NCBI GenBank assembly: GCA_964588985.1
Contig: CAZPQW010000006.1
Location: 32,001 to 96,000, forward strand
Direction: 5' to 3'
Length of the DNA: 64,000 nt
From: an uncultured Solirubrobacteraceae bacterium
Lineage (GTDB): Bacteria; Actinomycetota; Thermoleophilia; Solirubrobacterales; Solirubrobacteraceae
Shown here piece after piece: positions 59,640-64,000 of the stretch. The notes under the pieces are model-generated. The model saw only the letters and a list, made by a program, of their open reading frames with translations. It was not told where the DNA came from and searched no databases. Each line of letters opens with the position of its first letter. The stretch's first letter is position 1. A program made the position numbers and the translations under genes.

Positions 59640-59888
59640 ATGCCCTCTGAGAACCCCAAGCGCCTGCTGGAGTACCTAGCCGAAGGGCTGGTCGACGATC
59701 CCGAGGCGGTGGCGGTGGAGCAGTTCGACGAGGACGACGGCACGGTCGTGCTCGAGCTGTGCGTGGCGGCGGACGACTACGGACGCGTGATCGGACGCGG
59801 CGGGCGCACGGCCCACGCGTTGCGCACCGTGGTGAAAGCCGCGGCCGCCGGCGAGGGCAGTCACGTGCTCGTCGACATCGTCGATTGA
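59640..59888 (+). CDS. khpA: KH-domain RNA-binding protein KhpA
   Basis: GRVIGRGGRTA; located between rpsP and rimM. Confidence 0.88.
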   Translation: MPSENPKRLLEYLAEGLVDDPEAVAVEQFDEDDGTVVLELCVAADDYGRVIGRGGRTAHALRTVVKAAAAGEGSHVLVDIVD

Positions 59889-60442
59889 CCGAGCAGCCCG
59901 AGCGCCTGCCCGCGGGCCGGATCGGACGCGCACACGGCCTCGATGGCAGCTTCTACGTCACCCGCCCGCAGGCGCGGCTGCTGAAGCTCGGCACGACCGT
60001 GGCGGTCGCGGGTCGCGAGCTGGAGATCGTGCGTCGCTCCGGCACCGAGCAGCGTCCGATCCTGCGCCTGGAGGGCATCGACGGCCGCGAGTCGATCGAG
60101 CCGCTGCGCGGAGAGGAGCTGACGGTGGCGCGCAGCGAGGCGCCGGCGCTGGCGGATGGGGAGTGGTGGGCGCACGAACTGGAGGGCTGCTCGGTGGTGG
60201 ACGGCGAGCATCTCCTGGGAACCGTCAGCCGGCTGCTGGTGCTGCCATCGTGCGAGGCTCTAGAGGTGCGCCCCGCCCAGGGCGGCGAGCCGGTGCTCGT
60301 GCCGATGGTCAAAGACGCGGTTCGCAGCGTGACGCCGGCGGAGCGACGGATCGAGATCGACCTCGACTTCCTCGGCCTTGCCGCCGAGCCGCGCTGGACG
60401 CGCGAGCCGGCGAAGCGACGTGGGGACGGAGGTTGCCCATGA
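59885..60442 (+). CDS. rimM: Ribosome maturation factor RimM
   Basis: GRIGRAHGLDG, WWAHELEG, LVPMV; TTG start overlapping the khpA stop. Confidence 0.88.
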   Translation: MTEQPERLPAGRIGRAHGLDGSFYVTRPQARLLKLGTTVAVAGRELEIVRRSGTEQRPILRLEGIDGRESIEPLRGEELTVARSEAPALADGEWWAHELEGCSVVDGEHLLGTVSRLLVLPSCEALEVRPAQGGEPVLVPMVKDAVRSVTPAERRIEIDLDFLGLAAEPRWTREPAKRRGDGGCP

Positions 60443-61176
60443 ACGTCGATGTGTTCACGCTGTTTCCCGAGTGGTTCGACTGGTTCGCCTCCCAGCGCCA
60501 CGTGAGCAACGCGATCGCGGCCGGGTCGAGCCTTCGGTGCGTGAACATCCGCGACCACACGACGCTCTCGGGCGGGCAGGTGGACGACACGCCGTTCGGC
60601 GGTGGCGCGGGGATGGTGCTGCGCGTGGACGTGCTCGACAGCGCGCTGCGCGGCCACTACGGCGTCGACCCGGTGGAGCTGCGCGAGAGCCGGCGAGTGA
60701 TCGCGCTCGCGCCCGGCGGGAGGCTGCTGGACGATCGTCTGGTGGACGAGCTCGCGGCCGAGCCGGCGCTGACGCTGCTGTGCGGGCGCTACGAGGGCTT
60801 CGACGAGCGGATCGTGGAGCACTTCGCGAGCGACGTGGTGTCGATCGGCCGCTACGTGCTCAGCGGCGGCGAGCTCGCGGCGATGGTCGTGTGCGATGCG
60901 GTGATGCGCAAGCTGCCGGGCGCGCTCGGGCACGAGGAGTCCGCCGCGGAGGAGTCCTTCAGCGTGGCGCTCGACGGGGACCCCGAGTACCCGCACTACA
61001 CCCGCCCGGCGGAGTATCGGGGGTGGCGCGTGCCGGACGTGCTGCTCTCCGGCCATCACGAGCGGATTCGCGAGTGGCGTCGAGAGCGCAGCCGCGAACG
61101 GGGCGCGAACGCGGGGCTGGAGACACCTTCGAGCGGCGATTCGGGCGCGCACGGAGGCTCATTCGGAGGCCGGTGA
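60439..61176 (+). CDS. trmD: tRNA m1G37 methyltransferase
   Basis: TLFPE, DDTPFGGGAGMV, CGRYEGFDER, LSGGE, YPHYTRP. Confidence 0.95.
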   Translation: MNVDVFTLFPEWFDWFASQRHVSNAIAAGSSLRCVNIRDHTTLSGGQVDDTPFGGGAGMVLRVDVLDSALRGHYGVDPVELRESRRVIALAPGGRLLDDRLVDELAAEPALTLLCGRYEGFDERIVEHFASDVVSIGRYVLSGGELAAMVVCDAVMRKLPGALGHEESAAEESFSVALDGDPEYPHYTRPAEYRGWRVPDVLLSGHHERIREWRRERSRERGANAGLETPSSGDSGAHGGSFGGR

Positions 61177-61284
61177 GGCGAACCTCGGCGACGGTTCGCT
61201 ACCATTGCTGCTCGCGCTGGCCGTGAGCCCCGTTCGGGGGTCGCCCTGGTCGATCGAGGCGCGCCCCTCTTTTCCCTTTACGTC

Positions 61285-61920
61285 ATGAGCAGCGTCATCG
61301 AAACCATCGAGCGCGCGCAACTGCGCCGCGTTCCAAACTTTGCGCCGGGCGACCGCGTTAAGGTTCACTTCCAGGTGATCGAGGGCGCCCGCAGCCGTGT
61401 GCAGGTGTTCGAGGGCGTGGTCATAAAGCGTCAGGGCCACGGCGCGCGCGAGACGTTCACCGTGCGCAAGCAGTCCTTCGGCGTCGGCGTGGAGCGCATG
61501 TTCCCGGTGCACTCCCCGAAGATCGAGCGCATCGAGCTGGCCGCGCGAGGCGACGTGCGCCGCGCGAAGCTCTACTACCTGCGCGACCGGGTGGGCAAGC
61601 GTGCCCGCGTGCGCGAGCGCCGCTACACGGGCCCGGAGGAGATCGTCCAGCCGGGTCTGCTCCACGAGCCTTCGGGGGCGACGGACGCGGACGGCATGAC
61701 CGCGGAGGAGGCCGTCGCCGAGGTCACGACCGACGCTCAGCTCGGCGGTGACGCGGTCGAGGCCACCAGTCAGGAACACGCGGACTCGTCTGAGGCCGTG
61801 GTCGAGGCGGAGTCCGAGACCGACACCGAGGCGTCTGCGTCGGCTGCGGATGCAACCGACGCCTCCTCCGATGCCGGCGACGCTCAGGACGACGTTCCCG
61901 CCGGCGACCAGCCGGCGTGA
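61285..61920 (+). CDS. rplS: 50S ribosomal protein L19 with long acidic C-terminal extension
   Basis: [35 protein letters not shown]. Confidence 0.95.
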   Translation: MSSVIETIERAQLRRVPNFAPGDRVKVHFQVIEGARSRVQVFEGVVIKRQGHGARETFTVRKQSFGVGVERMFPVHSPKIERIELAARGDVRRAKLYYLRDRVGKRARVRERRYTGPEEIVQPGLLHEPSGATDADGMTAEEAVAEVTTDAQLGGDAVEATSQEHADSSEAVVEAESETDTEASASAADATDASSDAGDAQDDVPAGDQPA

Positions 61921-62597
61921 AGCTCGGCGTAGGGTCCGCCGCAAAGGGGGGCGTGAAGCGCCCCAAAACTCTGGCCGGCTCGCTGATCGAGCTGGTCATC
62001 ATCGTTGCGATCGCGCTTGGGCTCGCGGTCGGCATCCAGGCGTTCATCGTGAAGCCCTACCGCATCCCGAGCGGCTCGATGGAACCGACCTTGAAGATCG
62101 GCCAGCGCGTGCTCGTGGATCGCATCGGCATGCACTTCGGCGGCCCGCACGTTGGCCAGATCGCGGTGTTCCACCCGCCGAAGGGCGCAGAACAGGCGAT
62201 CTGCGGCCCGACGCCGCACAGGGTCACGCCGGGCTCCGGACCGCCGTGCGGGCAGGCCGTCTCGGAAATGGATTCGAGCGTGAACTTCATCAAGCGGATC
62301 GTGGCCGGTCCGGGCGATGAAATCTACGTCAAGGAAGGGCACGCCTACCGCAAGGCCGCGGGTACGACGAAGTTCATCGTCGAGAAGGACTCCTACATCG
62401 CGCCGTGCTCGCCCGGGTCGCTGCCCGAATGCAACTTCCCGACCCCGATCAAGGTCCCCCCGGGCTACTGGTTCATGATGGGCGACAACCGCGCCCACTC
62501 CGACGACAGCCGCTTCTGGGGTCCGGTGCCGAGGAGCTGGATCATCGGCTCGGCGTTCGCCACCTACTGGCCCATCAACAGGATCGGCACTCTTTAG
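61917..62597 (+). CDS. lepB: Signal peptidase I
   Basis: [30 protein letters not shown]. Confidence 0.93.
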   Translation: MKLGVGSAAKGGVKRPKTLAGSLIELVIIVAIALGLAVGIQAFIVKPYRIPSGSMEPTLKIGQRVLVDRIGMHFGGPHVGQIAVFHPPKGAEQAICGPTPHRVTPGSGPPCGQAVSEMDSSVNFIKRIVAGPGDEIYVKEGHAYRKAAGTTKFIVEKDSYIAPCSPGSLPECNFPTPIKVPPGYWFMMGDNRAHSDDSRFWGPVPRSWIIGSAFATYWPINRIGTL

Positions 62598-62659
62598 AGC
62601 GAGGTGGACTGGGGGCAGCGATTTGGTTCCGGCCGATCGTTGCTGCATGATGGTGCACC

Positions 62660-63397
62660 GTGAGCGACCCGGCCCCAGAGAACTCCGCGGAGTCCTCGCC
62701 CGCGGTGCGGCAGGCCGGCTCGACCGCCAGATCGAGGCGTCGCGGTAGGCGCGCGAGCAGCGGCCAGCGCCTGTTCGCGTTCGACCGTCGTCTCGACGTC
62801 CGTTTCGTCGCCGGCGCCGACGAGGCTGGCAGGGGCTGCTTGGCTGGCCCGCTGGTCGCGGCGGGCGTGCTGTTCGACTACGACGCGCTAACAACACGCG
62901 AGCTGCGCGCGTTGAGCGCGCTCAACGACTCCAAGCAGCACACGCACGAGGCGCGCGAGGAGCTGTATCCGCTCGTCTTACGCAGCGCGGCGCGCGTCGT
63001 GGTCGTCTCGCGCTGCGTGCGCGGGATCGACGACCGCGGTCTGCACAAGACCAATCTCGCCGCCCTGCGCGACGCGCTGCGAGGCGTGACCGCCGACATC
63101 GCCGAGGACGTGCTGTGTCTCGTGGACGGCTTCTCCGTCGCGGAGTTCGGGCGCCCGCAACGCGCGATCGTCGAAGGCGACGCGACCAGCGCGGCGATCG
63201 CCGCGGCGTCGATCGTCGCGAAGGTGACCCGCGACCGCTACATGCGCCACGCCGACGTCGCACACCCCGGCTGGCGCTTTGCCGAGCACGTCGGCTACTC
63301 GACCCCGTCGCACCGCGAGGCGATCCTGCAGAACGGCGTCTCGCCGCTGCACCGCATGTCGTTCCAGTCGACTGCATACCAGCAGCTCGCGCTCTAA
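62660..63397 (+). CDS. rnhB: Ribonuclease HII
   Basis: GADEAGRG, DSKQ, VDG, AASIVAKVTRD, HRMSF. Confidence 0.93.
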   Translation: MSDPAPENSAESSPAVRQAGSTARSRRRGRRASSGQRLFAFDRRLDVRFVAGADEAGRGCLAGPLVAAGVLFDYDALTTRELRALSALNDSKQHTHEAREELYPLVLRSAARVVVVSRCVRGIDDRGLHKTNLAALRDALRGVTADIAEDVLCLVDGFSVAEFGRPQRAIVEGDATSAAIAAASIVAKVTRDRYMRHADVAHPGWRFAEHVGYSTPSHREAILQNGVSPLHRMSFQSTAYQQLAL

Positions 63398-63406
63398 ACG
63401 TCTCTG

Positions 63407-63847
63407 CTACCACGCCGCTTCGAGATGGTCGAGGCGCAGCAGTCGATCGTTAGCGTCGACGGTCACGCCGATCGCGTCGAATCGGATCTCGCGTGCGGTT
63501 GGGCGGTCGGCGCGTCGCTCGCTGAGCCACGCCACGGCGAGACGCCGCAGGCGCATCCTCTGCCGGGGCCGCAGCCGCTCCAAGGGACCCTCGACCATTG
63601 GCGTCCTTCCGCGGCCGGTCGAGCGCGCGGTCTTGACCTCTACGAATACGAGCGCCCGCCCGTCGAAGGCGATCAGGTCGATCTCGCCGTGGCGAGTGCG
63701 CACGTTGCGCGCCAGGATGGCGAAGCCCAGGCGGGCGAGGTGCTCCGCCGCTAGCTGCTCCCCGAGCCGGCCGAGGGCGTGCCGAGGGTCACGGGGGCAG
63801 GGAAACAGCTGCGCTCCTTCGGATGATGGTCGCTGAGCGATCGGCAC
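63407..63847 (-). CDS. yraN: YraN/UPF0102 family endonuclease-like protein
   Basis: GRLGEQLA, RN...GEIDLIA, FVEVK, RFDAIGV; leaderless TAGCGT-7nt-GTG. Confidence 0.88.
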   Translation of the reverse strand: MPIAQRPSSEGAQLFPCPRDPRHALGRLGEQLAAEHLARLGFAILARNVRTRHGEIDLIAFDGRALVFVEVKTARSTGRGRTPMVEGPLERLRPRQRMRLRRLAVAWLSERRADRPTAREIRFDAIGVTVDANDRLLRLDHLEAAW

Positions 63848-64000
63848 GACAACGACGCTACGAGGCGGGGTGTGTCAGCAGAGCGTCGGTTGTGCCAATT
63901 CGGCGTCAACTTTGTGTCAAAACACGGTCCGCCTGTCGAGCGTCCGTGTAATGGCGCTCCTTGCACCCCCAAGCCTGTCGAGTTTTGCTCAACTCTGGAA

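Overview
High-GC (about 70% by eye) chromosomal segment, most consistent with a Thermoleophilia/Solirubrobacterales actinobacterium (inferred from gene content and order). Positions ~1-9,150 form a lower-GC accessory block: two coupled ~1,100-aa secreted proteins, an AbiE-like type IV toxin-antitoxin pair apparently fused onto a decayed mazEF module, and a small secreted protein. The rest is mostly core genome: rlmN/rluB; aroH-hisC-aroF-tyrA-aroA-cmk-der; metK-priA; def-fmt; rsmB-rpe; a divergent surface-glycosylation locus; ribD-ribE-ribBA-ribH; rpmB-DAK2-recG; rsmD-coaD; yceD-rpmF-plsX-acpP-rnc-smc-ftsY; nfeD-SPFH; ffh-rpsP-khpA-rimM-trmD-rplS-lepB-rnhB; and yraN. Three signals stand out: (1) an unannotated Tyr/Trp/Trp/Phe leader peptide with a structured RNA ahead of DAHP synthase, a candidate aromatic-amino-acid attenuator; (2) a DprA-like plus Zn-finger PRTase two-gene insert with a perfect LexA box over its leaderless start; (3) an RNase III lacking two of its four catalytic carboxylates. 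Leaderless TANNNT promoters are pervasive. I saw no rRNA, tRNA, CRISPR array, integrase or transposase. All calls come from motif recognition; no database searches were run.
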